From Mobula hypostoma (lineage: Eukaryota): 64,000 bases of DNA. The position numbers and the translations under genes are program-made. Shown piece after piece: positions 12,412-24,818 of this stretch. The stretch covers positions 102,984,001-103,048,000 of the forward strand of contig NC_086108.1 in NCBI RefSeq assembly GCF_963921235.1, written 5' to 3'. The notes under the pieces are model-generated. The model saw only the letters and a list, made by a program, of their open reading frames with translations, was not told where the DNA came from and searched no databases. The stretch's first letter is position 1. The number at the start of each line of letters is the position of its first letter.

Positions 12412-13404
12412 CAATGACTTGCTCACCACACCATTTATGGCAATGAATTCCACAGATTCACTATCCTCTGGTGAAAGAAATCTCTTCTCTATCTAAATGG
12501 ACGTCCCTCTGTTTTGAGGCTGTACCCTCTGGTCCTAGATGCAACCACTATAGGAAACATCCTCCCTGCATCTACTCTCATTTAAGCCTTTCAATATTTG
12601 ACAGGGTTTCAATGAGAATTCCCCTTCATGCTTCTAAACTCCAGCGAATACAAGCCAGTGCCAACAAATACAACTCGTACTGTATTTGGATACTCTTTCA
12701 TTCCCAGAATTATTCTCATGAACCTCCTCTGGACCCTTTCCAATGCCATCAAGTCTGTTCTTAGATAAAGGGCTCACAATACTCCCAACTACAGACTGAC
12801 CAATACCTCATAAAGCCTCAGCATTACATCCTTGCTCTTTATTCTAGTCCTCTTGAAATGAATGCTAATAACTCAACTTGCAAGTAAACCTTTTGCAAAT
12901 CATGTATGAGGACTCCCAAGTCCCCCTGCGCCTCTGATTATTGAATTTTCTCTCTTTTTACAAAATAGTCTAGGCATTTTTCCTTCTACCAAAGTGCATG
13001 GCCACACACTTCCCTACACTATATTCTATTTGCCACTTTTTTGCCCATTTTCCCAATCTGTTTAAGTTGTTCTGCAGACTCCCTGCTTTCTCAACACTAC
13101 CTGCCCTCCATCTATCTTCGTATCTTTTGTAAACTTGGCCACAAAGCCATCAATTTCATCATCCGAATGATTGACATATAATGTGAAAAAGAGTGGTCCT
13201 AACATCATCCCCTGCAGAATACCACTAGTCACCAGCATTCATCCAGAACAGGGCAGCTGTATACCTACTCTTTGTCTCCTGCTAATCAGCCAATCTTCTA
13301 TCCTTGCTAGTATCTTTCCTGTAATAGCATGTGTTCTCATCTTGTTAAGCAGCCCCATGTATGGCACCTTGTCAATGGCCTTCTGAAAATCCAAATAAAT
13401 AACA

Positions 13405-15285
13405 ACCACCAAATGTTTCTCAGTGAAAGAACCAACCAGTTCCCATCCAGCACCACACTCTTCTGTCTGGTAGAACTGGTCCTCGCCCTCAACAAATTTT
13501 CCTTCGGCTCCTCCCACCTTCTCCAGACTGCGGGGTAGACACAGGCACCCATATGGACCCCAGCTATGCCTGCCTCTTTGTTGGCTATGTAGAACAGTCC
13601 ATGTTCCAAGCCTTCCCCGTTTATGCTCCCCAACTCTTCCTCCACTACATTGACAACTGCATTGGTGCTGTTTCATGCGCCCATGCTGAGCTCGTCAGTG
13701 ACACCCTGTCTAACTTCCACCCTGCCCTTAAATTCACTTGGTCCATTTCAGACACCACCCTCCCCTTTCTCAGTCTCTCCGTCTCCATCTCTGAAGGCAA
13801 ACGATCGACAGACATCTTTTATAAACCTACTACTTCCCAGTTATCTTGACTAAACCTCTTCACACTCTGTCTCCTGTAAAAATGCTATTCCTTTTTCCCA
13901 GTTTCTTCGTCTCTGCTGTATCTGTTTCCAGGACATCAGAGATGTCCTCCTTCTTCAAAGAACAGGGGTTTCCTTTCCTCCACTATTGATGTTGCCCTCA
14001 CCCGCATCTCTTCCATTTCCTGAATATCTGCGCTCACCCTATCTTCCCGCCTCCTTAACAGTGATAGAATTCCTCTTCTCCTTCCCTACCACCCCATGTG
14101 CGTCTGCATCTAACACATCGTCCACCACAATTTCTGCCATCTCCTAAGGGATCCTACCACCAAACATATCTTTACTTCCCACCCCCTCTCTCTGCTTTCT
14201 GCAGGGATCGCTCCCACCACGATTCCCTTACCCAGTCATCCCTTGCCACTAATCTCTCTCTCAGCACTTAAACCTGCAAGCAGCCAAAGTCCTACACCTG
14301 CCCATTCACCTCTTCCCTCACCTCCATTCAGAGTCCAAAATAGTCCTTCCAGGTGAGCCAACATGTCACCTGCGGTTCTCCTGGGGTCGTCTATTGTGTC
14401 TGGTGCTCCTGATGTGGCCTGTTCTATAATGGTGAGACCCATCGTAAATTGGGGGACCACTTTTTTTTTGGCGTGTGCCTGCCTGCGTGCGTGTGCGTCC
14501 GTGCGTGATGATGTCACGGCTTTTACAAGGCACGGAGCGAGAGAGAGACTGTGTGGCGAGCCATTCCTCACACAGACATTTTGCAGTATTTTTCCCTTTA
14601 TTTTACGAGGTCGAGTTGCGATCTCGACACTCAACCCGGCACGGATGGAAAGCGTACTCGGGAGCGGCCCCGACTGGTTTCGAACCCGGGAACTTCCGCT
14701 CCCAGGTCCAGCGCCGATGTCATTGCACCACCAGCCGGCCCTTTGAGCACCTCCGCCCCATCTGCCAAAAGCAGAACTTCCCGGTGGCCAAACATTTTAA
14801 TTCCTATCCCTACATTTTGGCCCATGGCCTTTTCTTGTGCCAAAACGAGGTTACTCTCAGGGTGGAGGAGCAATGCCTTATATTCAGTCTGGGTAGCCTC
14901 CAGACTGATGGCATGAATAGCGATCTCTCATTTCCGGTTTAAAAGAAACTTCCCTTCCCCTCCCCCTTCTTCTAATCCCACCCTGGCTTCTTACCTCTTC
15001 TCGCCTCTCCCTGGGTCCCCTCCTCTCCTTTCTCCTATAGTCCACTCTCTTCTCCTATCAGATTCTTTCCTCTCCAGCTCTTGACCTTTCCCACCCACTT
15101 GGCTTCACCTATCACATACTAGTTGTACTCCCTTCTCCTCCCCCCACCTTTTTATTCTGGTATCTTCCTCCTTTCTCTCTAGTCCTGAAGAAGGGCCTCG
15201 GCCCGAAATGTCGTCCGTTTATTCATCTCCATTGATGCTGCCCGACCTGCTGAGTTCCTCCAGCATTTTGTGTGTGTTGCTTTGA
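13405..15285 (+). mobile_element. Penelope-like element (decayed RT, GIY-YIG endonuclease, pLTR)
   Basis: GTHMDPSYACLFVGYVEQ...FLHYIDNCIG...HPALKFT RT motifs. GVVYCVWCS*CGLFYNGET GIY-YIG remnant at about 14383-14440. Ends in a pLTR with hammerhead core CTGAAGA at 15185. Confidence 0.85.
14461..14740 (-). mobile_element. tRNA-derived SINE with poly(A) tail
   Basis: Minus strand: A box TGGTGCAATGA, B box GGTTCGAAACC, RTE-5'-like middle, A9 tail. CpG-rich; closely matches 46721-46998. Confidence 0.8.
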
Positions 15286-16515
15286 GCATCCACCGAATCT
15301 CCTTTGTCTATCCTGCCTGTTATTTCCGCAAAGAATGCCAACAGATTTGTCAGGCAACATTTCCTCTTATGGAAACCATACTGACTTCGTCCTATTTTAT
15401 CATGTGGCCCCAGGGACCCCAAAATCTCATCTTTAACAATGGACTCTAACATCTTCCCAACTACTGAACACAGGCTAACTGGCCTATAATTACTTTTCTT
15501 CTGTCTCCCTCCTTAACGACTGGAGTGATATTTGCAATTTTCCAGTCCTCCAGAACCATTCCAGAATCTAGTGATTTCTGAAAGATCATTACTAATGCCT
15601 CCATAACCTCTTCAGCCACCTCTTTCAGAGTCCTGGGGTGTAGTCCATCTTGTCCAGATGTCTCGTCTACCTTTAGCCCTTTCAGCTTCCCAAACACATT
15701 CTCCTTAGTAATAATAACAACATTCACTTTTGTGTCCTGATATTCTCAAATTTTTGGCATACTGCTAGTGTCCTGCACAGTGAAGATTGATGGAAAATAG
15801 TCTTTAAGTTCATCTGCAATTTCTTTGTCCCTCATTACTACCTGTCCAACATTGTTTTCCAGTGGTTCGATGTCTGCTTTTGCCTCTTCATGTATATAGA
15901 TAAACCTTTAGTACCTTTTTTTTTTATATTGTTGGCTAGCTTGCCTTCATCTTTCATCTTTTCCCTCCTTATGGCTCTTTAGTTGCATTCTTTTGGTTTT
16001 TAAAATCTCTAACTCCCCACTAATTTTTGCTATATTATGTGCCCTCTCTTTTCCTTTTATGCTGTCCTTGACTTCCTTTGTCAACTAGGTTGGTTCATCC
16101 TTCCTTTGGAACACCACTTCATATACGGGATCCTGCACCTTCCAATTTGCCCGCAGAAACTCCAGCCATTACTGTTCTGCCGTCTTCCCTGTTAGTGTTA
16201 CTTCCGATCAACTTTGGCCAGCCCTCTCTCATGCCTCTGTAATTCCATTTACTCCACTGTAATACTGATATATCTGACTTTATCTTCTCCCTTTCAAACT
16301 CTCATCTATCATATTATGATCACTGCCTCCTAAGTGTTCCTTTATCTTAACTTCCCTAATCAAATCTGGGTCATTATGTAACACCAAATCCAGAATTGCT
16401 TTTCCCCTAGTGGGCTGAACCACAAGCTGCTCTAAAACACCATCTTGTAGGCATTCTACAAAATCCCTTTCTTGGGATCCAGCACCAACCTGATTTTCCC
16501 AATCTCCCTGCATAT

Positions 16516-17431
16516 GAGGAGGATGCTAAGAGGATGCATAGCTGTGAGGAGGATGTTAAGAGGATGCAGGGTGACTTGGATAGGTTGGGTGAGTGGGCAA
16601 ATTCATGGCAGATGCAATTTAATGTGGATAAATGTGAAGTTATCCACTTTGGTGGCAAAAATAGGAAAACAGATTATTATCTGACTGGTGGCCGATTAGG
16701 AAAAGGGGAGGTGCAACGAGACCTGGGTGTCATTATACACCAGTCATTGAAAGTGGGCATGCAGGTACAGCAGGCGGTGAAAAAGGCGAACGGTATGCTG
16801 GCATTTATAGCGAGAGGATTCGAGTACAGGAGCAGGGAGGTACTACTGCAGTTGTACAAGGCCTTGGTGAGACCACACCTGGAGTATTGTGTGCAGTTTT
16901 GGTCCCCTAATCTGAGGAAAGACATCCTTGCCATAGAGGGAGTACAAAGAAGGTTCACCAGATTGATTCCTGGGATGGCAGGACTTTCATATAAAGAAAG
17001 ACTGGATGAACTGGGCTTGTACTCGTTGGAATTTAGGAGATTGAGGGGGGATCTGATTGAAACGTATAAGATCCTAAAGGGATTGGACAGGCTAGATGCA
17101 GGAAGATTGTTCCCGATGTTGGGGAAGTCCAGAACGAGGGGCCACAGTTTGAGGATAGAGGGGAAGCCTTTTAGGACTGAGATTAGGAAAAACTTCTTCA
17201 CACAGAGAGTGGTGAATCTGTGGAATTCTCTGCCACAGGAAACAGTTGAGGCCAGTTCATTGGCTATATTTAAGAGGGAGTTAGATATGGCCCTTGTGGC
17301 TACGGGGGTCAGGGGGTATGGAGGGAAGGCTGGGGCGGGGTTCTGAGTTGGATGATCAGCCATGATCATAATAAATGGCGGTGCAGGCTCGAAGGGCCGA
17401 ATGGCCTACTGTACCTATTTTCTATGTTTCT
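16516..17431 (+). mobile_element. Young 5'-truncated CR1 LINE
   Basis: Open 270-aa RT C-terminal frame (16534-17346), 3' UTR ending tttctatgtttct, probable TSD ATAT. Nearly identical to the 43336 and 60942 copies. Confidence 0.9.
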
Positions 17432-19681
17432 ATATTGAAATCCAACCATGACTATCATAACATAGTCCTTTTGACATGCCTTTTCCATATCCCGTTATAA
17501 TTTGTGTCCCAAATCCTGGCTATTGTTTGGAGGCCCAAATGTAACTTCCATCAGAATCTTTTTACCCTTACAGTTTCTTAACTCTACCCAAAAGGATTCC
17601 ATATCTTCTGATCCCATGTCCCCCTCTTTCTAATGATTTGATTTCATTTTTTGTTGGACGTTAATCTCCAACTATCATCTTCTTTCAGCCACAATTCAGT
17701 GATGTCCACAATCTAATCTCTGCGTTTCAAGATCATCTACCTTGTTCTAATTACTGTTTGCATTCAAATATAACACCTTCAGTCTTGTATTTTCGATTTT
17801 GCCCCCCTATTACACTTCACCTCATCCCACTGACTGCAACTCTGCTCAGTCATCTCCTTGTCCGTCAGACACCTGCAGGCTGACCAGCACAATCTTCATT
17901 GATTTGATGCAATGCGACGTATTTCGCATCATGGTTGCTGTTGAAGGGTCTCAGCCCAAAAAGTCAACTGTTTACTTTTTTCCACAGATGCTACCTGGCC
18001 TGCTGAATTCCTGCAGCATTTTGAGTATGTTGTTCTGGATTACCAGCAGACGCAGGTTTTCTTGTGTTTGACGTATTTCACTGTATTTTTCGATATACAT
18101 GTGACAAAGAAAGCTAATCTTTATCTTTCTGAAATGGGAGACTGTATGGTGCTATCTTTTAAGGTGTTAAACCTATTAAATACTTCGATATTTTCCCGGC
18201 ACTGTGGTTCAGGTCGTGGAGCCAGTCCCCCAGTACGATAAGACCTCACAGTCTACCTTGTTACAGCTCTGCACCTTATTGTTTACCTGCACTGCACTTT
18301 CTCTGTAAGTAACACTTTATTCTGTGTTCTGTCATTGCTTTTCTGTTGTACTACCTCAATGCACTGATGTGATAAAATCATCTGTATGGCTGACATGCCA
18401 AACAAGCTTTTCTCTGTGCCTCGGGTCTTTCAATGATAAACTGATTTACAAATTCGCCGGAGACCCAAGTTCAGACATATCCTCCAGTGCCGTGTACATG
18501 AAGTGTGGGAGTTCTTTCTGTGACTGTGAAGGCTGCAGTCGCGGTTTCTAATCTCCGTTCTAGAACACAGAACAGTACAGTGTAACACACGATGCCATTC
18601 CAACCCTGGATATCCTGTTTTGCTCCGTGCACGAGGATGCACAGCTTAGTTGGTTAATTAGCCATGGTAAATTGTCGGGATTATACTTGAGCAATGGGAT
18701 CTGGGGTGAGTTGTTGAGAGTGTGGGAAGAATACATAATAGGATTAGTCTAAGATTACTGGAGATAGTTAGCGTTGCTTAAGTGTTTCCATGCTATGAAG
18801 CTTAGCCAGTGACCTTCAGACTCCGGGGCAACAGAGCTGTCACTGAGTTACAGCTGACTTGGTTCAGCGTTAACACGGCAGAGTGTTGTTGAAGCTGCTG
18901 TGTCATCCCTTGACACATTTGTGTGACTTTACTCTGCATCAGCACTTCCTTACTCTGCCTGAATCCCAGTTTAGGAACAATGAATAGGATGAACTTTAGT
19001 CACCACAGACATTCACGTGTGTTAGGAATTTGCAGTGGTGTGTTGCTCAGGTGTAACATGAAACACAAAACAGCAACATTCAATAATCATAAAGAATATA
19101 GAATTATATAGAAATAAAGTTAGAGGTTAAAGTACAGATATGAAATAAATGCACATAAATACCAGCATTTACTTACCATGGAAACAGCATTATCGAAAGT
19201 TGTTTAAAGTGTTTACAGTGCAGAGCAATGACAGGGGTAATAGAGAGAGGGTGGGTGGCTAAATAGAGTGGTTGATCAGATTAATTACCTGGTGTAAGAA
19301 ATTTAAGATGGTGTGAAGTTTTATCTTAATAGCCCCATAGTGCTTTCTGGAATGGAGCTTTTGGAAAAGGCTGTTTGCAGGGTGGGTGGTGTCTCCAATA
19401 ATTTTTTTTCTGCCTGCTTCTTTGATCTGAACACACACACACAAGTCCTGCAGTGATGGTAGACTGCACCGTCGGCCTTTTCTGCTTGACCTGACAGTTG
19501 GCTATAGTTTCTGTCCTCTCTTATAAGATTCCCCCCTTTTCCAGCCCCTTAGCTCTTTCACCAATCGACTTCTCAACTCTTTAGTTCACCTCCTCCACCC
19601 CTCCTGGTTTCACCTGTCACCTGGTACTTTTTTCTCCCCTCCCTCCCACCTTTGTAGTCTGACTTCTTCCCCCTTCCTTTC

Positions 19682-19719
19682 CAGTCCTGATGAAGGGTCT
19701 CTGTCTGAAACGTCGACTG
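19682..19719 (+). ncRNA. Minimal type I hammerhead ribozyme motif in a Penelope pLTR
   Basis: CAGTC-CTGATGA-agggtctctgtct-GAAA-CG-TC^GACTG. Stem I is CAGTC/GACTG, core is intact, stem III is the loopless palindrome ACGT. Activity not shown. Confidence 0.65.
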
Positions 19720-20832
19720 TTTACTCTTTCCCATAGATGCTGCCTGGCCTGCTGAGTTCCTCCAGCATTTCGTGTGTGTCACTGTAGTTTTTGTATATTG
19801 TGAGCGGACGCTGTATCAAACCGGACAGTAATGGCTGATGTGAGGATGTTTTCTATGATGGCAGTGTAGAAATTGCACCAGTACGTCTGGGGACGATAAA
19901 TTTTACCAGCTGCCTCAAGGAGTATATCCTCTGCTGAGCCTTTTTGTTAATGAAGGAGATACGGTTTCCCACATGAAATTATGATGCCCAGGAACCTGAA
20001 TGTTGAAATGAAGCTAACTATAGAGTTGCTGATGGTGAGGAGAGGAGAGGAGACATTTCCCCTGAAGCCAATGTGCATCTCCACAATTCTGAGGTCATTG
20101 GGCTCCAAGTTTTTGTGACTGCTCCAGGACACCAGCTTGAACGATCTCTTGTGGTGAGCTCATTGATTAGTGATAACCATTTAAACAACCAGTGTTACCT
20201 TGGGTTTTTCTCCTATTAGGACTGCTGTTGATTTCAGACCAAGGTTATAGGGTATGCCCCGCTTCACCTTCAGCCCCATTTAACCTTTAGCTTCACCGAA
20301 TCACTTAATAAAAACCTCTTGCTGCAAATTATTGCCGACCTACTCGAATCTCGTTCAGAATTTTGCCTTCTTCGCGTGCTGGGGATTGCACTGACGGATG
20401 TAGACTGCAGGCTTGTTAACGATGTACTCTGAGCAGAATAGAATATTTATTGACAATACTGTGTTAGCTGATGTGTTGGCAAAGGAGCAGGACATATGAC
20501 TGGAAGCATACTGTCGATCGTAGAGTAAACATAGTCAATAATAGATTGCCTATTCAAAGAGCAGAGAAAACAGAGATTGTAACAGCTTCTCCCAATAAAA
20601 GCATGGTAATTTTCCAGAAATAAAATGGAGGATGTGTGTGAATGTAGATAATTCACTTAGAGAGGTGTGACTACCAAGTTTGAATAATGGAGTAATTGGG
20701 TAAACATTCTGGCTGGTTACAGCCATGATAAACTACACAGGTTTTTGAATAAAATTGGAGCACGAGGGATTAGGGTTCTGTACTAACATGGACTGAGGAA
20801 TGAACTGTGTACAGGAAAACAGAATAGGAATA

Positions 20833-21744
20833 CAGTGGTATGCAAAAGTTTGGGCACCCCTGGTCAAAATTTCTGTTACTGTGAATAGCTAAGCGAGTAA
20901 AAGATGAACTGATTTCCAAAAGGCATAATGTTAAAGATGACACATTTCTTTAATACTTTAAGCAAGAAAACTTTTTTATTTCCATCTTTTACAGTTTCAA
21001 AATAACAAAAAAGGAAAAGGGCCTGAAGCAAAAGTTTGGGCTCCCTGCATGGTCAGTACTCAGTAACACCCCCTTTGGCAAGTATCACAGCTTGTAAATG
21101 CTTTTTGTAGCCAGCCAAGAGTCTTTCAATTCTTGTTTGGGGGAATTTGCCCATTCTTCTTTGCAAAAGGCTCCTGGTTCTGTGAGATTCTTGGGCTGTC
21201 TTGCATGCACTGCTCTTTTGAGGTCTATCCACAGATTCTCGATGATGTTTAGGTCAGGGGACTATGAGGGCCATGGCAAAACCTTCAGCTTGCGCCTCTT
21301 GAGGTAGTCCATTGTGGATTTTGAGGTGTGTTTAGCATCATTATCCTGTTGTAGAAGCCATCCTCTTTTCATCTTCGGCTTTTTTACAGTGTGATGCTTG
21401 TTTCCAGAATTTGCTGGTACTTAATTGAATTCATTCTTCCTTCTACCAGTAAATGTTCCCTGTGCCACTGGCTGCAACACAAGCCCAAAGCATGATCGAT
21501 CCACCCCCGTGCTTAACAGTTGGAGAGAGGTTCTTTTCATGAAATTCTGCACCCATTTTTCTCCAAACATACCTTTGCTCATTGTGGCCAAAAAGTTCAA
21601 AGGAACATCTAAACAAGCCTGATGCATTTTGGAAACAAGTCCTGCGGACTGATGAAGTTAAAATAGAACTTTTTGGTCGCAATGAGTAAAGGTATGTTTG
21701 ATGAAAAAAGGGTGCAGAATTTCATGAAAAGAACACCTTTCCAA
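20833..21744 (-). mobile_element. Tc1 transposon 3' half with internal fold-back
   Basis: TA then CAGTGGTATGCAAAAGTTTGGGCACCC end. Transposase remnants TVKHGGGSIMLWAC (-) and FWKQVLRTDEVKIELFG (+). Confidence 0.85.
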
Positions 21745-22780
21745 TAGGTCAATGGCAGATGCAATCTCAATGGCTCTCCACACAGCTTTAGACCACCTGG
21801 ACAACACAAACACCTATGTCAGGATGCTGTTCATCGACTATAGCTCAGTATTTAATACCATCATTCCCACAATCCTGATTGAGAAGTTGCAGAACCTGGG
21901 CCTCTGTACCTCCCTCTGCAGTTGGATCCTTAACTTCCTAACCAGAAGACCACAATCTGTGCGGATTGGTGATAACGTCTTCTCCTCGCTGACGATGAAC
22001 ATTGGTGCACCTCAGGGGTGTGTGCTTAGCCCACTGCTCTACTCTCTATATACCCATGACTAGCTAGGCGAGGCTCAAATACCATCTATAAACTTGCTGA
22101 CGATACAGTCATTGTTGGTAGAATCTCAGGTGGTGATGAGAGGGCGCACAGGAGTGAGATATGCCAACTGGTGGAGTGGTGCCGCAGCAACAACCTGGCA
22201 CTCAACGTCAGTAAGATGAGAGAGCTGATTGTGGACTTCAGGAAGGGTAAGATGAAGGAACACATACCAATCCTCATAGAGGGGTCAGAAGTGGAGAGAG
22301 TGAGCAGTTTCAAGTTCCTGGGTGTCAAGATCTTTAAGGATTTAACCTGGTCTCAACATATTGATGCAGTTATAAAGAAGGCAAGACAGCGGCTGTACTT
22401 TATTAGGAGTTTTAAGAGATTTGGCATGTCAGTAAATATACTCAGATGTTGTGTGGAGAGCATTCTGACAGGCTGCATCACTGTCTGGTATGGGAGTGCT
22501 AAGTCACAGGACCAAAAGAAGCTGCAGAGAGTTGTAAATTTAGTCGGCTCCATCTCGGGTACTAGCCCAAAAATTACCCAGGACATCTTCAAGGAGCGGT
22601 GTCTCAGAAAGGCAGCGTCCATTATTAAGGACTTCCAGCACCCAGGGCATGTACTTTTCTCACTGTTACCACCAGGTAGGAGGTACAGAAGCATGAAGGC
22701 ACACACTCAGTGATTCAGGAACAGTTCCTTCTCCTCTGCCAGCGGATTCCTAAATGGACGTTGAATCCTTGGACTTTTTT
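21745..22780 (+). mobile_element. Rex1/Babar-type retrotransposon RT fragment
   Basis: ORFs 21752-22063 ([32 protein letters not shown]) and 22171-22713. Confidence 0.85.
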
Positions 22781-22786
22781 TTAATA

Positions 22787-23623
22787 CATGTGCACATTCC
22801 TTTATCCGAAATTCTGAAATCCAGAAAGCTCCGAAAACCAAAGTTTTTTTTTGCCAACAGCTGACGTCACTCAGGTGTGACGTGGCAGCGCTAGCAGAGG
22901 CCGCCAGATGTAAGTTGTGGCTCAGCGCTCATACTGGTTACACATGAATTTGCTGTTCGCTGATATTTTGTGTTCACTGTTGACTTTGTGTTTAATTTCA
23001 CTGTGAAAATGTCAAAAAGAGCTGCGGATACCCCTATGGGTAACAATGAGAAAAAGAGAAGGAATCTTCTGTATCAATAACGCAGCAAGTGGAGTTATTG
23101 CAGAAGCTTGATCGTGGTGTGTCTGTGTGGCATCTTACTGAAGAAAATAATGTCAGAACTACCACTGTATATGATTTAAATAAACAGAAAGACAAGTTAC
23201 TGAAGTTTTATAGTGACAGTGACGTTCTACATTTATTCCAATAAGTCATTTACCATGTGTTTGATTCGGTTCGTTTGAAGCTGTATATTTTTATGTTTTA
23301 TTGAATGTTTTTGTTGGAAATAAAATTTCTTCTTGCTGTTATTCCCTAAACAATACAGTATAACAATTATTTACATAGCATTTACATTGTATTAGGTATT
23401 ATAAATAATCTAGAGAGGATTTAAAGTATATGGGAGGATGCGCGTAGGTTTGGTGTGCCGCTGGGTCCTAAAGTCCACCACATTGAGACAGGTTAAATAA
23501 GGGACTTGAGCATACGTGTTTTTTTGGTATCGGTTGCGGGGGGGGGGGATCTGAAATCCGAAAAATTCTGAATTCCGAAATGTAACTGGCCCCAAGGATT
23601 TCGGATAAGGGATTGTGGACCTG
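22787..23623 (+). mobile_element. Tigger/pogo non-autonomous DNA transposon
   Basis: Inverted ends CAtGTgCACAtTCCtTTATCCGAAAT / ATTTCGGATAAGGGATTGTGGACCTG with TA TSD. Frameshifted CENP-B-type HTH N-terminus from ATG 23009 (MSKRAADTPMGN...LLQKLDRGVSV...TTVYDLNKQKDKLLKFY). Confidence 0.85.
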
Positions 23624-23839
23624 TATGTAGTATTTCTGTTTTCTGCATGATTTTTAATCTATTCAATGTATGTATACTGTATAAAGTATAATGAATAAGA
23701 TTTACTTATTTATTATTTAATTTTTTTTCTTCTATAGTCTACATTGCATTGAGCTGCTGCTATTAAGTTAACAAATTTCACATCACGTGCCGGTGATAAG
23801 AACCCTGATTCTGATTCTGAGTATGGTTTCTTAAGGGAA

Positions 23840-24250
23840 AGTAGTGGGGATGAGCTCCCACTACCTATTAAATGCTCCCAATGGTGTACATCTCAAATAA
23901 CTTCTGACAACCAAGTCTGGCTCCTGGCCTTTGTGTGTGGCTTAGTTACTAAGCCCAGTGGACAGAAGAAAGGGCAAAGGTGGGTTACTGGCACCATAAA
24001 ACCAATTGCTTTGGGCAAATGGGGCTCACCAGCTATGGTTGGCAGATCATTTAGGAGAAGGAAAATACCAAACTCAAATCTCCGCTGCCTTGCGGCTACA
24101 CCCACTCCATGGAGAAGGCTTTTGGAGTAAACCCTGAGGGGAAAAATCTGGAGCTGGACTCCCTAAGGCAGTCCTACATTGAGTTCAATGTTGACTGGCA
24201 ATTCCTGCGACACCACTGGTGCCAAACTGTATCGGTCTCTACTATTCCTT
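23840..24250 (+). mobile_element. RTE-5'-UTR-like non-autonomous retroelement fragment
   Basis: Shares the block ggagaaggaaaa...ctccgctgccttgcggc...ggagtaaaccc with the TSD-flanked element at 56367-56697. Confidence 0.45.
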
Positions 24251-24252
24251 TC

Positions 24253-24818
24253 ATAGAAACATAGAAAACCTACAGCACAATACAGGCCCTTCGGCCTACA
24301 AAGCTGTGCTAAACATATCCTTACCTTAGAAATTACTTAGGGTTACCCATAGCCCTCTATTTCTCGCTCCATGTACCTATCCAGGAGTCTTTGAAATGAC
24401 CCTATCATTTCCGCCTTCACCACCATCGCCAGCAGGCCATTCCACGCTCTCACCACTCTCTGCGTAAAAAAAAAAACTTACCCCTGACATCTCCTCTGTA
24501 CCTGCTTCCAAGCACCTTAAAACTGTGCCCTCTCATGCTAGCCATTTCAGCCCTGGGAAAAAGCCTCTGACTATCCACACGATCAATGCCTCTCATCATC
24601 TTCTACACCTTGATCAGGTCACCTCTCATCCTCCGTTGCTCCAAGGAGAAAAGGCTGAGATCACTCAACCTATTCTCATAAGGCATGCTCCCCAATCCAG
24701 GCAACATCCTTGTAAATCTCCTCTGCACCCTTTCTATGGTTTCCACATCCTTCCTGTAGTGAGGCAACCAGAACTGAGTACAGTACTCCAAGTAGGATCT
24801 GACCAGGGTCCTATATAG
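24253..24818 (-). mobile_element. CR1 LINE 3' fragment
   Basis: (TTTCTATG)n tail; ORF EYCTQFWLPHYRKDVETIERVQRRFTRMLPG. Confidence 0.8.

Larger units (their letters stand above)
11670..17860 (-). mobile_element. Old long CR1 LINE (ORF2) broken by three insertions
   Basis: 3' UTR at about 11670. RT segments 12412-13400 (IYLDFQKAIDKVP) and 15286-16515 (KLKGLKVDETSGQDGLHPR, LDLVLHND). Endonuclease-side remnant after 17436. Confidence 0.75.

Noticed and set aside
14660..14740. tRNA genes (also about 46920-46998 and the V-SINE heads)
   Set aside because: A/B boxes are present but no full cloverleaf, and SINE bodies and tails follow.
16677..17369. Antisense ORFs over CR1 copies (also 40459-40863, 43585-43902, 61422-62126)
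   Set aside because: Shadow frames of the CR1 RT, repeated in every copy.
23840..24000. HDV-like ribozyme at the RTE-derived 5' end
   Set aside because: I could not build the nested double pseudoknot by eye; it needs a descriptor search.
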